DNA from: an uncultured Gemmatimonadales bacterium | Lineage (GTDB): Bacteria > Gemmatimonadota > Gemmatimonadetes > Longimicrobiales > Gaopeijiaceae | Assembly: GCA_963809895.1 (NCBI GenBank) | Contig: CAWELD010000003.1 | Coordinates: 3,328,001-3,392,000, forward strand | Direction of reading: 5' to 3' | Length of the DNA stretch: 64,000 nt | Shown: piece by piece, positions 19,425-29,789 of the stretch | How the letters are laid out: every line of letters starts with the position of its first letter | Numbering within the stretch: the stretch's first letter is position 1 | Notes under the pieces: generated by a model | Database searches by the model: none | Seen by the model: the letters and a program-made list of their open reading frames with translations, nothing else | What the model was told of the DNA's origin: nothing | Program-made: the position numbers and the translations under genes

Positions 19425-20671
19425 TCCCCCCACGCGCGTCTGCGGCCGGGTTCCTCGCCACCCTCGTCGTCTGCGGCGTCGCCGTCGGCTGCGACGGTGA
19501 GACCTCGGCCCCCGGGGACCCCATCGCGCTCCGTGACAGCGCCAGCGTGTCCATCGTCGACAACGACCTCAGCCGGCTGGGCGCCACCTGCGCCGTGGAC
19601 GCCGAGCCCCTCCTAAGCATCGGCGACACCGAGGGCGAGGAGCCCTACCAGCTCTACCGGGTGTTCGGCGCCACCCGCCTGAGCGACGGCCGCATCGCGC
19701 TGGTGAACCAGGGCAGCCAGGAGGTCCGTTACTACGACCCGTCCGGGGAGTTCCTCGCCAGCGCAGGTGGTGCCGGCGAAGGTCCCGGAGAGTTCCGGAA
19801 CGCCTTCTACCTGTGGGCGCAGCCCGGCGACACGCTCTGGGTGGGGGACTACTTTCCGTGGCGCTTCAACGTGTTCGGGCCCGCGGGAAGGTTCCTGAAG
19901 ACGGTCCGATTGGAGGGCGACTATGTGAACGCCGACGTGTTCGGTGTGCTGGACGACGGCCACGTCGCCATCGCCGAGCGCGAGTTCCCGCTGGGACACC
20001 CCGCCGGCGTGTTTACGCCGGTCGAGCGCACCGTGATGGTGCACGATGCCGCAGGTGCTTTCGCCGATACCGTGGCCACGCTCGAGAACGGTCGCTGGGG
20101 GGTGATGTCCGACGATCCGGACGCCGTCGGCCTCTACCCCTTCTTCGAGTCCTTCAGCTCCGTCGCCACCGGGGGATCCCGCATCGTGGCCGGTCACCAG
20201 TCGCGACCCGAGCTCCGGATCTACGAGGTGGCCGACGACGGGGTCCGCATGACGCGGATCGTCCGCTGGACGACCGGCGTCGATCGTACGGTCACCGACG
20301 CCGACGTGGCCGCGCAGAAGGAGACCGAGACAGAGCGCTTCGCGGACATGAGCGAGGCCATGAAGCGCCAGCTCCTGGATCCCCTGGTCCGCGACGATCG
20401 TCCCGTCGCCGACGTTCTTCCGGCGTTCCGGGATCCCCACGTCGGACGCGACGGACGCATCTGGGTGCACGAGTACCGCCGCCCGACGGCCGCGGAGCCC
20501 GGACCCTGGCTGGCCTTCGACGGCGACGGCCGCTTCCAGTGCCGCGCCACCCTCCCAGACTATGACGAGATCCTCGAGTTCGGCGCGGACTACCTGCTGG
20601 CGAAGAGCCGTGACAACCTGGGCGTGGAGCGGGTGGTGATGCACCGGCTGAGGGCCCCGGAGCGTCCGTGA
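19421..20671 (+). CDS. 6-bladed beta-propeller lipoprotein
   Basis: AVGC lipobox; LRDSASVSIV; GGAGEGPGEF; C-terminal RDNLGVERV. Confidence 0.8.
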   Translation: MIPPRASAAGFLATLVVCGVAVGCDGETSAPGDPIALRDSASVSIVDNDLSRLGATCAVDAEPLLSIGDTEGEEPYQLYRVFGATRLSDGRIALVNQGSQEVRYYDPSGEFLASAGGAGEGPGEFRNAFYLWAQPGDTLWVGDYFPWRFNVFGPAGRFLKTVRLEGDYVNADVFGVLDDGHVAIAEREFPLGHPAGVFTPVERTVMVHDAAGAFADTVATLENGRWGVMSDDPDAVGLYPFFESFSSVATGGSRIVAGHQSRPELRIYEVADDGVRMTRIVRWTTGVDRTVTDADVAAQKETETERFADMSEAMKRQLLDPLVRDDRPVADVLPAFRDPHVGRDGRIWVHEYRRPTAAEPGPWLAFDGDGRFQCRATLPDYDEILEFGADYLLAKSRDNLGVERVVMHRLRAPERP

Positions 20672-22512
20672 GCCCCTTCTTCTCCCAGGGCCGCACCCGC
20701 CGGGGGGAGGAGCTTCCGCCATTCCGCGAACGCGTGAAGGCACTCCGGCTCGTGCCCCGCTTCCTGCGCATGGTGGCGGGCACCAAGCCGTCCTACGCCG
20801 TGGGGATCCTGGTGACCCGCGTGCTGGCGGCCTTCGGTCCCGTGGCGCTGCTGTGGGTGAGCAAGCTCATCATCGACGGCGTGGTGGCCGACGTGGGATC
20901 CCCCGATCCCGACTGGCGCGGCTTGTTCAGCCTGGTGGCATTGGAGGCGGGGATCGCGCTGGTCATGGAGGCGCTCCGACGCACGACCAGCCTGCTGGAG
21001 TCGCTCCTCGGCGACCTGTTCGCCAACGAGATGAGTGTCCAGCTCATGCGGCACTCCGCCACGCTGGACCTGCAGCACTTCGAGGACCCGGACTTCTACG
21101 ACAAGCTGCAGCGCGCCCGGCGTCAGACCATGGGACGGGTCGCGCTCCTGGGCACCCTGCTCCAGATCGGGCAGCAGCTGCTCACGCTCATGTCGCTGCT
21201 GGCCGCACTGGTGGTCTACAACGTGTGGCTTCTGGTCATCCTGGTGGTGGCCATCCTTCCCGCGTTCCTGGGCGAGACCCACTTCGCGGGCATCACCTAC
21301 TCGCTCTTCTGGGCGTGGACGCCGGAGCGGCGCGAGCTGGACTACCTGCGCTACGTGGCGGCCAGCGACCGCACGGCCAAGGAGATGAAGCTCTTCGGGC
21401 TGTCCGACTATTTCATCGGACGCTACGCCGAGCTGGCCGACGACTACTACCAGGCCAACAAGGGCGTGGCCATCAAACGGGCGGCCACCGGCGGCGTGCT
21501 GTCGGCGCTCTCCACGGTGGCCTACTACGGCGCCGTGGCCTTCATCGTCACGCAGGCGGTGGCGGGAGCCATCACCATCGGCACGCTCACCTTCTTGATC
21601 GGCTCCTTCGATCGCAGCCGGAACCTCATCTCCGGCGTCCTGCTGCAGATGGCCAACGTCTACGAGCAGAGCCTGTTCCTGCGGGACCTGTTCGAGTTTC
21701 TGGAGATGCGCCCCCACACGGCCAGCGCGCCCGACGCGCGTCCCATGCCGGACCCCATCCGCCAGGGCTTCGTCTTCGAGGACGTGGGATTCCGCTATCC
21801 CGACAGCCACCGTTGGGCGCTCCGACACGTCTCCTTCGAGCTCGAGCCCGGCGAGCGCGTGGCGCTTGTGGGCGAGAACGGCGCCGGCAAGACGACGCTG
21901 GTGAAGCTCCTGACGCGGCTCTACGATCCCAGCGAGGGTCGGATCCTGCTGGATGGCGTGGACCTGCGCGACATCGACGTCGACGGCCTGCGCCACTCCA
22001 TCGGCGTCATCTTCCAGGACTTCATGCGCTACGACATGCAGGCCCGGGAGAACATCGCCGTGGGCCGCATCGAGGACCGGGACGACGAGGAGCGCATCGT
22101 CGAAGCGGCTCGCAAGAGCCTGGCGGACGACGTCGTACGTCAACTGGAAGCCGGCCTGGACCAGATGCTGGGTCGCCGCTTCGACGGCGGCGCGAACCTG
22201 TCCGGGGGCGAGTGGCAGAAGATCGCGCTGGCCAGGGCCTACATGCGCGACGCTCAGGTGCTGGTGCTGGACGAGCCCACCGCCGCCCTGGACGCGCGAG
22301 CCGAATACGAGGTGTTCCAACGGTTCAGCGAGCTGACCCAGGGTCGCATGGCGGTCCTCATCAGCCACCGGTTCTCCACCGTGCGCATGGCCGATCGCAT
22401 CCTGGTGCTGGAAGGCGGTCGGGTGACGGAAGACGGCAGCCATGAAGAACTGGTCGCGGCCGGCGGCCGCTACGCGGAGCTGTTCACCCTGCAGGCGGCG
22501 GGATACAAGTGA
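20668..22512 (+). CDS. ABC exporter, fused permease/ATPase
   Basis: GENGAGKT, LSGGEWQK, LVLDEPT, ISHR; N-terminal TM domain. Confidence 0.93.
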   Translation: MSPFFSQGRTRRGEELPPFRERVKALRLVPRFLRMVAGTKPSYAVGILVTRVLAAFGPVALLWVSKLIIDGVVADVGSPDPDWRGLFSLVALEAGIALVMEALRRTTSLLESLLGDLFANEMSVQLMRHSATLDLQHFEDPDFYDKLQRARRQTMGRVALLGTLLQIGQQLLTLMSLLAALVVYNVWLLVILVVAILPAFLGETHFAGITYSLFWAWTPERRELDYLRYVAASDRTAKEMKLFGLSDYFIGRYAELADDYYQANKGVAIKRAATGGVLSALSTVAYYGAVAFIVTQAVAGAITIGTLTFLIGSFDRSRNLISGVLLQMANVYEQSLFLRDLFEFLEMRPHTASAPDARPMPDPIRQGFVFEDVGFRYPDSHRWALRHVSFELEPGERVALVGENGAGKTTLVKLLTRLYDPSEGRILLDGVDLRDIDVDGLRHSIGVIFQDFMRYDMQARENIAVGRIEDRDDEERIVEAARKSLADDVVRQLEAGLDQMLGRRFDGGANLSGGEWQKIALARAYMRDAQVLVLDEPTAALDARAEYEVFQRFSELTQGRMAVLISHRFSTVRMADRILVLEGGRVTEDGSHEELVAAGGRYAELFTLQAAGYK

Positions 22513-22535
22513 CCGAGGACGGGAGCAGAAAGGGC

Positions 22536-22953
22536 ATGAGCAACATCGACATCGTGCGCGGCTACTTCGAGACCTTCTTCGCCGGCAGAGCGCGGCATTC
22601 CGAGGTGCGATCCCTCCTCACCGACGACTTCCGTTTCCGGGGTCCCCTCATGTCGGCGAACAGCGCCGACGAGTACGTGGCCCAGTTGACCTCGCTCGGC
22701 GACGAAGGGCAGGAGGGGAGGGGGTGAGGGCGAGGTGGTGGCCGCCCTCGTGGACTTCCGGGGACCGACGGGACCCATGACCTACGCCCAGTGGTTCACG
22801 CTTCGGGACGGGCGCTTCGCCGAACTGGAGGTGGTCTACGACCCGCGGCCGTTCCTGGGGGGATCGATCATCCGATTCGGCGGTCCTGAGGGAATCCGGA
22901 TGCCCCCCCGGCACGCGCGCCCCGAAGCACCCCGTACCGCGGTCGAGCGGTAG
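22536..22953 (+). pseudogene. SnoaL/NTF2-like protein, broken at ~22710-22730
   Basis: NIDIVRGYF..LLTDDFRFRGP then a second frame with QWFTLRDGRFAELEVVYDPRPF; purine-rich garbled junction; 3' end uncertain. Confidence 0.6.
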
Positions 22954-23816
22954 CCGGCCACCGATGCGAAAACCCTCGAGAAACGCGCGGAGACGCAGGA
23001 GCCTGGGCGGCACGTGATTCAGGTCCGCCGCGGGTCGACCGACGAGCCAACGGCCGCCCAGCTCCATGAAGGGTCGGATCGCCTCCCATCGCCCCAGTCG
23101 GAGCATCTTCCGGTACGCTGCTCCTAGCCCGTACATATAGTCATGGACCACCCTCTGGCTCTCGTCCCAGCGGCGAAATCCGTGATGCGTGACCACGGCG
23201 GCCGGCTCCTCGCAGACGTCGTACCCGGCCAGCAGGGCGCGAACGATGAGGTCCGCGTCCTCACCTGCGCGCAGCGGCGCACCCACGCCCAACATCTCAT
23301 CGAATCCCCCCAGCGTCCGCCACGCGGCCCGGCGCACAGCCATGCACGCGCCGATCCCCTCCAGTCGGGTCTTGGATCGGAGCCGTCGCTCGCAGTGGGG
23401 TGCGGGGGCTCGTATCCCACGATGAAGCCCTGGCTCCGATCGTATGCGGGTACGTGGACCGACCCGAACACGAGAGCGGCGGCCCCACACCGATCGAAGG
23501 CAGCGGCCAGGGCGGCGGGCCAGTCCCGGGCCACCACACAATCATCGTCCGTGAAGGCCACCAGGTCGGCGGACGCAGCCTCGATCCCTCGATTTCGGCC
23601 CCGGGCCAGCCCCGGGCGCCCGTCCGTGAGGATCCGCACCCTGCGGTGGTCGGCCCAGCGATCGAGGGCCACCATCGTATCGGGCCCGCGGCTCTGATCC
23701 ACCACGACCACCGACAGGGCAGGATAGTCGCAGGCGAGCACGGACAGCAGGGCCCGCCTGACCTGGTCGGGCCGGTCCCTGGTGCTGATGACGACTGCGA
23801 TCTCCGGCGGATTCAT
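22868..23816 (-). CDS. Glycosyltransferase family 2, frameshifted at ~23400
   Basis: VVISTRDRP, VVVDQS, AFTDDDC, then second frame GACMAVRR..GGFDEMLG..GEDADL; 3' end uncertain. Confidence 0.8.
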
Positions 23817-24904
23817 GGCACAGCGTCAGCAGATGGCATGGCAGAGGGCGCGTCGGCCACACGAATCGGCGCCCCCCGGTTGGCCGACTCGGCCGCCGCC
23901 AGCGCGACACGCAGGGCCGCCCGACCGTCCTCCAACGTGCACGCCACCGGATGCCCGGAGCGGGCGCACTCCAGGAGGTGACGCCACTCGCCGACGTAGG
24001 AGTCACCGTAGTCCCCGAGCCGGCGCATCCGAGCCACACCCACCGGGAGATCCCGGGCGAACGTCCGGAGGTTACGGAGGCGCGGCCCCACCATCCCGGG
24101 CGTCTCCCGACGCCCGTAGCGCTCGTATCCGTCGAAACGGACGCCCGACACGCGGAGACGACCCCCGGAGCCGCACACCTCGACCTCCATCTCATGCCCG
24201 GTCCGCTCCGACAACGTCGCGCTGGCCAGGGTGGTATCGGCCAAGCGCGCCGTCACCTGCGCGCTCTCGTCGTGTCGCGAACCGTGACGGCTCCAGGCGA
24301 ACACCTCGGTGACCTCGGTTCCCAGCAGATGCCTCCACAGGTCGTAGAGGTGCACGCCGAGCTCCACCAGCGACCCTCCACCCTGCTCGCGAGTCCACTT
24401 CCAGGCCGGAGTCCCGTCGTCTCCTCGTGGGCTGTTCCACACCGTACGGATCGACTCCACAGCGCCGACGGCTCCGGAGCGCAGATCGTCGAACGCGCGT
24501 CGGACCAATCGATGCCAGCGCATGTGGAATCCCATGAGCACCTTCACGTCATGGGACCTGGAGGCGTGGATGAGCGCGTCCGCGTCGGCGATGGAGAGGG
24601 CGATGGGCTTTTCCACCAGGACGTGGAGGCCCGCCTCCATGGCCTGGATGGCCGGCTCCCGGTGCTGGCCCGGCGGTGTGAGCACACCGACGACCTCAGC
24701 CACACCGGCCCGGATCAGCGAAGAGGTGTCGGGGAACACCTCCGCGATGCCATAGCGACCCGCAACATGACGTGCTCTGGCCGGGTCGGGATCCGCCAAC
24801 GCGACGACATGGGCCTGATCCAGTTGGCAGAGGGCCTGCAGGTGCTTATGCTCGCAGACCTCGCCGCACCCGATCAGGCCGATCTTCACTGGATCTGATG
24901 CCAT
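23813..24904 (-). CDS. Gfo/Idh/MocA family oxidoreductase
   Basis: IGLIGCG, HVLVEKP, GGGSLVELGVHLYD. Confidence 0.92.
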   Translation of the reverse strand: MASDPVKIGLIGCGEVCEHKHLQALCQLDQAHVVALADPDPARARHVAGRYGIAEVFPDTSSLIRAGVAEVVGVLTPPGQHREPAIQAMEAGLHVLVEKPIALSIADADALIHASRSHDVKVLMGFHMRWHRLVRRAFDDLRSGAVGAVESIRTVWNSPRGDDGTPAWKWTREQGGGSLVELGVHLYDLWRHLLGTEVTEVFAWSRHGSRHDESAQVTARLADTTLASATLSERTGHEMEVEVCGSGGRLRVSGVRFDGYERYGRRETPGMVGPRLRNLRTFARDLPVGVARMRRLGDYGDSYVGEWRHLLECARSGHPVACTLEDGRAALRVALAAAESANRGAPIRVADAPSAMPSADAVP

Positions 24905-24987
24905 AGTGCCGCCCGATGCCGCAGTGCAGTCAGGGAGCGGGTGCCATCACGCGCGGCTGAGCCCCACCCTACGCCTCGGAGCCTGAA

Positions 24988-26559
24988 TTGCCGGGTCGTC
25001 GAGCCATCCCGCAAGAGGCGGGTCGGATCATCGTCGGTGCCGGGACCGCCGGGTGCATCCTCGCGTCTCGGCTGGCGCGGCGCACATCCGACTCGGTCCT
25101 CGTGCTCGAGGCCGGCGGACCCTACCGGCGCATCCTGGACGTCCCGCTCCTGGGACTGTGGGCCTCTCTCCGAAACCCCGAGCGCTACCACTGGGAGCAT
25201 CGCACCGTCGGGCAGGCGAGCCTGGATGGGCGCGACCTCTGGTTCCCCTCGGGACGGATCGTCGGCGGCAGCTCGTCGGTCAACGCGATGATCTACAGTC
25301 GCGGGCACCCGGCGAGCTACGACAGGTGGCAGATGACCGGATGGAGCTACGCCGACCTCCTGCCCTACTTCCGCCGTGCCGAGGATTTCGAGGACGGGGC
25401 TACGGAAGCCCATGGCGCCGACGGTCCCCTGGGTGTGGCGCCAGGCCGGTTTCGACCTGCCCTGGCGAACGCCTTCCTGGCCGGGTGTCAGGACGTAGGG
25501 ATTCCCCGCAACGACGATTTCAACGGGAACTCCCACGAGGGCGCCGGATTCTACCACAAGAGCCATCGCCGAGGCCGTCGCGCCTCGGTCGCCAGATCGT
25601 ACGTCGGCGAGCATATGACCCACCTTCGGTTGCAGATCGTCACCGGCGCGCTGGCCCACAGGATCGTGACCGAAGCGGGACGAGCGGTGGGCGTGGAGTT
25701 CGAGAAGGGAGGCCGAATCCACACGGTCCGTGCCACCCGGGAAGTCATCGTCTGCGCCGGTGCGGTGAAGTCCCCCCAGCTGCTGCAGCTTTCCGGAATC
25801 GGCCCGGCCGACGCGCTCTCCCACCTCGGTATCCCGGTGCTGGTCCACCGGCCGGGAGTCGGTACCAACCTGCAGGATCACGTCCGGGTTCCGTTGGTCT
25901 ATCGCGTCCATCGACCCCGTGTCGGAAGTCCCCCGTCACTGCCTCTGGAGGCGCTCCGCTATCTCTTCCGCCGCCGCGGCCTCCTCACGTCGAGCGTCGC
26001 CGACGCCGCCGCCATTCTCCCCGTGGGGGACGACGCGCCCTTCCCGGACGTACGCACCGAGTTGAGCTGGCGGATCGCGAGGGAGGACGCCGGGAATCTC
26101 GTGTCGCTCGAGACCGGCCTGATCGATCCCCACAGCCATGGCACGGTCTCACTCCGGTCGTCCGATCCCCGCGATCCCCCACGGATCGATCCCCGCTACT
26201 TGACGGAACCTTCCGATTCCAGACGTATCGAGAGAGGCATGGAGGTAGCCCGCGCCATCGCCAACTCCGCTCCGTGCCGGCAGGTCGGCTTCCAGGACGA
26301 GGTCGCGCCCGGCCCGGCTCCATTCTCCGAGCACCTCCGCCAGCATGCCATGACCTCGTTCCACCCGGTGGGGACGTCCCGCATGGGTCCTGCGTCGGAC
26401 GCCCTGGCCGTGGTGGACGCGGCGCTGAAGGTCCACGGGGTCGAGCGCCTGCGGGTGGTGGATGCCTCGGTCATGCCCACGACGGTGAGCGGGAACGCCC
26501 AGGCTCCCGTCGTGGCGATCGCGGAGCGCGCCGCCGACTTGATCATCTCCGAGGACTGA
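24988..26559 (+). CDS. GMC family FAD oxidoreductase (choline dehydrogenase-like)
   Basis: IVGAGTAG, GGSSSVNAM, NLQDH, FHPVGTSRMG, LRVVDASVMP; start uncertain. Confidence 0.9.
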   Translation: MPGRRAIPQEAGRIIVGAGTAGCILASRLARRTSDSVLVLEAGGPYRRILDVPLLGLWASLRNPERYHWEHRTVGQASLDGRDLWFPSGRIVGGSSSVNAMIYSRGHPASYDRWQMTGWSYADLLPYFRRAEDFEDGATEAHGADGPLGVAPGRFRPALANAFLAGCQDVGIPRNDDFNGNSHEGAGFYHKSHRRGRRASVARSYVGEHMTHLRLQIVTGALAHRIVTEAGRAVGVEFEKGGRIHTVRATREVIVCAGAVKSPQLLQLSGIGPADALSHLGIPVLVHRPGVGTNLQDHVRVPLVYRVHRPRVGSPPSLPLEALRYLFRRRGLLTSSVADAAAILPVGDDAPFPDVRTELSWRIAREDAGNLVSLETGLIDPHSHGTVSLRSSDPRDPPRIDPRYLTEPSDSRRIERGMEVARAIANSAPCRQVGFQDEVAPGPAPFSEHLRQHAMTSFHPVGTSRMGPASDALAVVDAALKVHGVERLRVVDASVMPTTVSGNAQAPVVAIAERAADLIISED

Positions 26560-26586
26560 AGTCCTCCAAACGACTGTTGTGCGAAC

Positions 26587-27090
26587 ATGCGCTACACATC
26601 GAAGCCACACCTGCGGGACGACATCGTGAAAGAGCACGACGCCCTGGTCGATCTCCTCGCGACGATTCCCGAGGCCCGCTACCGCGAGCCGGGCGTGTGG
26701 GGCGACGGCTGGACCGTCCACGACCTGGTGGCCCACCTGGCCGAGTGGCACCGCATGTTCCTGGGTTGGCACGCCACGGGTGTGGCCGGCGGCAAGCCCG
26801 ACATGCCGGCACCTGGATACAAGTGGAACGAGACGCCCCGACTGAACCGGGACATCCAGGCGCGCCACCGCAACCGGGGCTTCGCCGAGATTCGCTATGA
26901 CTTCGAGGCCGGTTACCGCGAGATCGTGGCGCTGGTCGACTCGTTGCCGGAAGCGAGCCTCCTGGAGTCCGGCGCATTCGCCTGGACCGGGTCGTCGACA
27001 CTCACCACGTACCTGGGCGCCAACACCGCCAGCCACTATCGCTTCGCGCACAAGGTGCTGAAACGCTGGATGAAGGAGCAGGAGCTCTGA
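26587..27090 (+). CDS. ClbS/DfsB (DUF1706) DinB-like four-helix bundle protein
   Basis: WTVHDLVAHLAEW, PAPGYKWN, FAWTG..NTASHY. Confidence 0.8.
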   Translation: MRYTSKPHLRDDIVKEHDALVDLLATIPEARYREPGVWGDGWTVHDLVAHLAEWHRMFLGWHATGVAGGKPDMPAPGYKWNETPRLNRDIQARHRNRGFAEIRYDFEAGYREIVALVDSLPEASLLESGAFAWTGSSTLTTYLGANTASHYRFAHKVLKRWMKEQEL

Positions 27091-27091
27091 C

Positions 27092-27550
27092 ATGGTCATC
27101 GCCGTCAGCACCGATGAACGCACGCATCTGGTCGACGTGATCCTGGACGATCTCCGGGCGCGCGACGTCGACGTGCTCTACTTCGGTCCCGACAAGGAAG
27201 GGGACAGCGTCGACTGGCCCGACGTGACGCTCGAGGCGGTCGAACGGGTCGAGCGTGGCGAGGCCGATGAGGCCATCGTCATGTGCTGGACCGGCACCGG
27301 GTGCAGCATCGCCGCGAACAAGGTGCCCGGCATCCGGGCGGCCCTCTGCCACGATGCCGAAACGGCGCGGGGCGCGCGCATCTGGAACCACGCCAACGTG
27401 CTGGCGCTGAGCCTGCGCGCCACGCCGGACGCGGTGGTGAAGGAGATCCTGGACCGCTGGTTCGACACGCCCTACAGCGACGACGAGTGGAATCTCCGTC
27501 AGATGGCGCGGCTGCGGGAGATTGAATCCCGGGAGCCCGCTGAGGAGTAG
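27092..27550 (+). CDS. RpiB/LacA/LacB family sugar isomerase (divergent)
   Basis: CWTGTGCSIAANKVPGIRAALC, WNHANVLAL. Confidence 0.88.
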   Translation: MVIAVSTDERTHLVDVILDDLRARDVDVLYFGPDKEGDSVDWPDVTLEAVERVERGEADEAIVMCWTGTGCSIAANKVPGIRAALCHDAETARGARIWNHANVLALSLRATPDAVVKEILDRWFDTPYSDDEWNLRQMARLREIESREPAEE

Positions 27551-27557
27551 AACCGGC

Positions 27558-28499
27558 ATGATGCCACTTCGCCGGCGGGCCGCCGTCTTCCTCGCGCTGT
27601 GCCTGGGGATCCCCTCTCTGGGAATCCCCACATCGCACCTGCGCGCACAGACATCCGACACCATCACCGGCTATTCCGCCGAGGAGTGCCCGCCGTGCGC
27701 GGGCTGGAACACGCCGCAAGCGCCGGTCCACATCTACGGCAACACGTACTGGGTGGGCACGCGGGGTCTGGGGGCCGTCCTCATCACCTCGGAGCAGGGC
27801 CACGTTCTCATCGACGGCGGCCTGCCGGAGTCCGCGCCGCACATCATGGAGAACATCCGGGCCCTCGGCTTCGACATCGCCGACGTGCGCCTGATCCTCA
27901 ATTCCCACGTCCACTACGATCACGCCGGCGGCATCGCGGCGCTCCAGAGAGCGTCGGGTGCCGACGTGGTGGCGAGCCCGCGAAGCGCACCGGTCCTGGA
28001 ACAAGGGACACTGGGTCGAGATGATCCCCAGTTCGGGGTGGGGTTGCCCTATCCGCCCGTGCGGGAGGTCCGGGAGATCGCCGACGGCGACAGATTGCAC
28101 GTGGGCCCGCTGGTGGTCGTGGCCCACTTCACGCCGGGTCACACCCCGGGCGGCACGAGCTGGTCCTGGACGTCGTGTGAGGACGGTGGCTGCCTCGCCC
28201 TCGTCTACGCCGACAGCGAGACGCCTGTGTCGGCCGACGACTTCTTCTATTCGCGGAGCCCCGACTACCCCACCGCTGTCGCCGACTTCCGGCGGGGATT
28301 CCAGGTCCTGGAATCCCTCCGCTGCGACATTCTCCTCACCCCGCACCCGGGCGCCTCGCGGCTGTGGCAGCGGGTGGCTGCCCGGGACGATGGCGACGCG
28401 ACCGCCCTGGTAGACCCGGCCGCGTGCCGCGCCTACGCGGCGGCCGCCCGGCAGCAGCTCGACCGGCGCCTGGAGCGGGAAGCGGAGGGAGGGTCGTAG
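27558..28499 (+). CDS. Subclass B3 metallo-beta-lactamase
   Basis: Signal peptide; WNTPQAPVHIYGNTYWVGT; SHVHYDH; PGHTPGG; YADS; CDILLTPH. Confidence 0.88.
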   Translation: MMPLRRRAAVFLALCLGIPSLGIPTSHLRAQTSDTITGYSAEECPPCAGWNTPQAPVHIYGNTYWVGTRGLGAVLITSEQGHVLIDGGLPESAPHIMENIRALGFDIADVRLILNSHVHYDHAGGIAALQRASGADVVASPRSAPVLEQGTLGRDDPQFGVGLPYPPVREVREIADGDRLHVGPLVVVAHFTPGHTPGGTSWSWTSCEDGGCLALVYADSETPVSADDFFYSRSPDYPTAVADFRRGFQVLESLRCDILLTPHPGASRLWQRVAARDDGDATALVDPAACRAYAAAARQQLDRRLEREAEGGS

Positions 28500-28563
28500 C
28501 GCCCCGCCGTCGCCGGTGGCACCTTGATCCAACACGTGGACGCGTTCGAGAACCGGAGGGCTC

Positions 28564-28869
28564 ATGCCCGTGATCTTCCTCTTCGCAATCATCCTGGCCG
28601 TGGTCGTCGGCACCTTCGCGATCCTCGTTCCCCTGGCGCAGCGTCTGGGCGGCGGCGGTGGCGACAGGCTCCGCTCCGGCGATCAACGGGATCGGCTCAC
28701 CGGCGACGTGGTGCGAGCCATGGAGGAGCTACAGGACCGCCTCGAGCTTCTGGAGAAGGAGCAGGACCGACTCAAAGAGCAGCAGGCCTTCATGGAGGCG
28801 CTTCTCGAGAAGAAGCAGCAGCCGGCGCTGGAGCCGGGTGAGGAGGGCGGCGACGAGCCGACGGATTGA
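28564..28869 (+). CDS. Membrane-anchored coiled-coil hypothetical protein
   Basis: GGAGG RBS; TM helix then heptad-rich ELQDRLELLEKEQDRLKEQQAF. Confidence 0.7.
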   Translation: MPVIFLFAIILAVVVGTFAILVPLAQRLGGGGGDRLRSGDQRDRLTGDVVRAMEELQDRLELLEKEQDRLKEQQAFMEALLEKKQQPALEPGEEGGDEPTD

Positions 28870-28891
28870 ATCCCCGCCGGGGCGGCTCGGT

Positions 28892-29512
28892 CTAAAGAGC
28901 CGCCGAGGTCGGCCTGACCACGAGCCGGAAGAACGGCTTCCTGGTTCCCAGGGGTTCCAGGGTGGCGCCGAGCTCCACTGCCCAACGCGCCGCGATCTGA
29001 CGCTCGCCCGGACGCGCCGCGTCGTCCAGGAGAACCGTGCACCCACGAGCGATGCGTGGGCCCAGGACGGGGACCAGCCCGAAGCGTCCGCCTTTGGTCG
29101 TGCCCGGAGGGCCGTCGCAGATCACCAGGGCGAAACGCTCCGGCAGCCGCCCGAGCGGCGGGTCGTACCAGGCGTACTCCCCGTAATCCCGGAGGGGGCG
29201 CACGACTACCGTGACTCCATCGATGTCCCAGCGCGCGAGCTCCTCTCCGATCCGGGCTCCCCAATCCTCGAGGTGCTCGAGGACCCAGAGATCGATCCCG
29301 CGGCGATCCAACACCGCGCCCACGAGAAGCGTGCTGAGTCCGGATCCGCATTCGAGGACGGGCCCGTCGCAGTCGACCGCGTGCTGGAGGCACGCTGCCA
29401 GATACTCGTCCAGCGCACTCCAGCGCTCGTTCCCCCACCCGTAGACCAGGTCGGCCAGGACGGGATGACCCACCTCCGCACAGGCCTCGGGATCGCGCAG
29501 GAACCGCTTCAT
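28892..29512 (-). CDS. Class I SAM-dependent methyltransferase-like protein
   Basis: VLECGSGLST, LEH, LVICDGPP, VLLDDA; true start may lie near 29590. Confidence 0.75.
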   Translation of the reverse strand: MKRFLRDPEACAEVGHPVLADLVYGWGNERWSALDEYLAACLQHAVDCDGPVLECGSGLSTLLVGAVLDRRGIDLWVLEHLEDWGARIGEELARWDIDGVTVVVRPLRDYGEYAWYDPPLGRLPERFALVICDGPPGTTKGGRFGLVPVLGPRIARGCTVLLDDAARPGERQIAARWAVELGATLEPLGTRKPFFRLVVRPTSAAL

Positions 29513-29789
29513 CGCCCGGCGAAAGACCCATCGGCGGTGGGCCTCGCGAAGGAACGTGCGGACGCGACGTGGGATGAGGTGCGAGCACCGAGGCCTGTCC
29601 GGAGAATTGGTGATCGATGGTGTTTCTTCGGGATAAGCTACGAAGCCGCCCCGGTCGACTTTCCTGGAGGCGGACTCGTATCCTCCACATTCGACATGCA
29701 GCAACCATGCCCCGTATTGATCCGAGCCGAACAGCCGACCACCTGGAGCGATGCCTCGATCCAAAGCCACCTCGCCCTGCAGATCGGCC

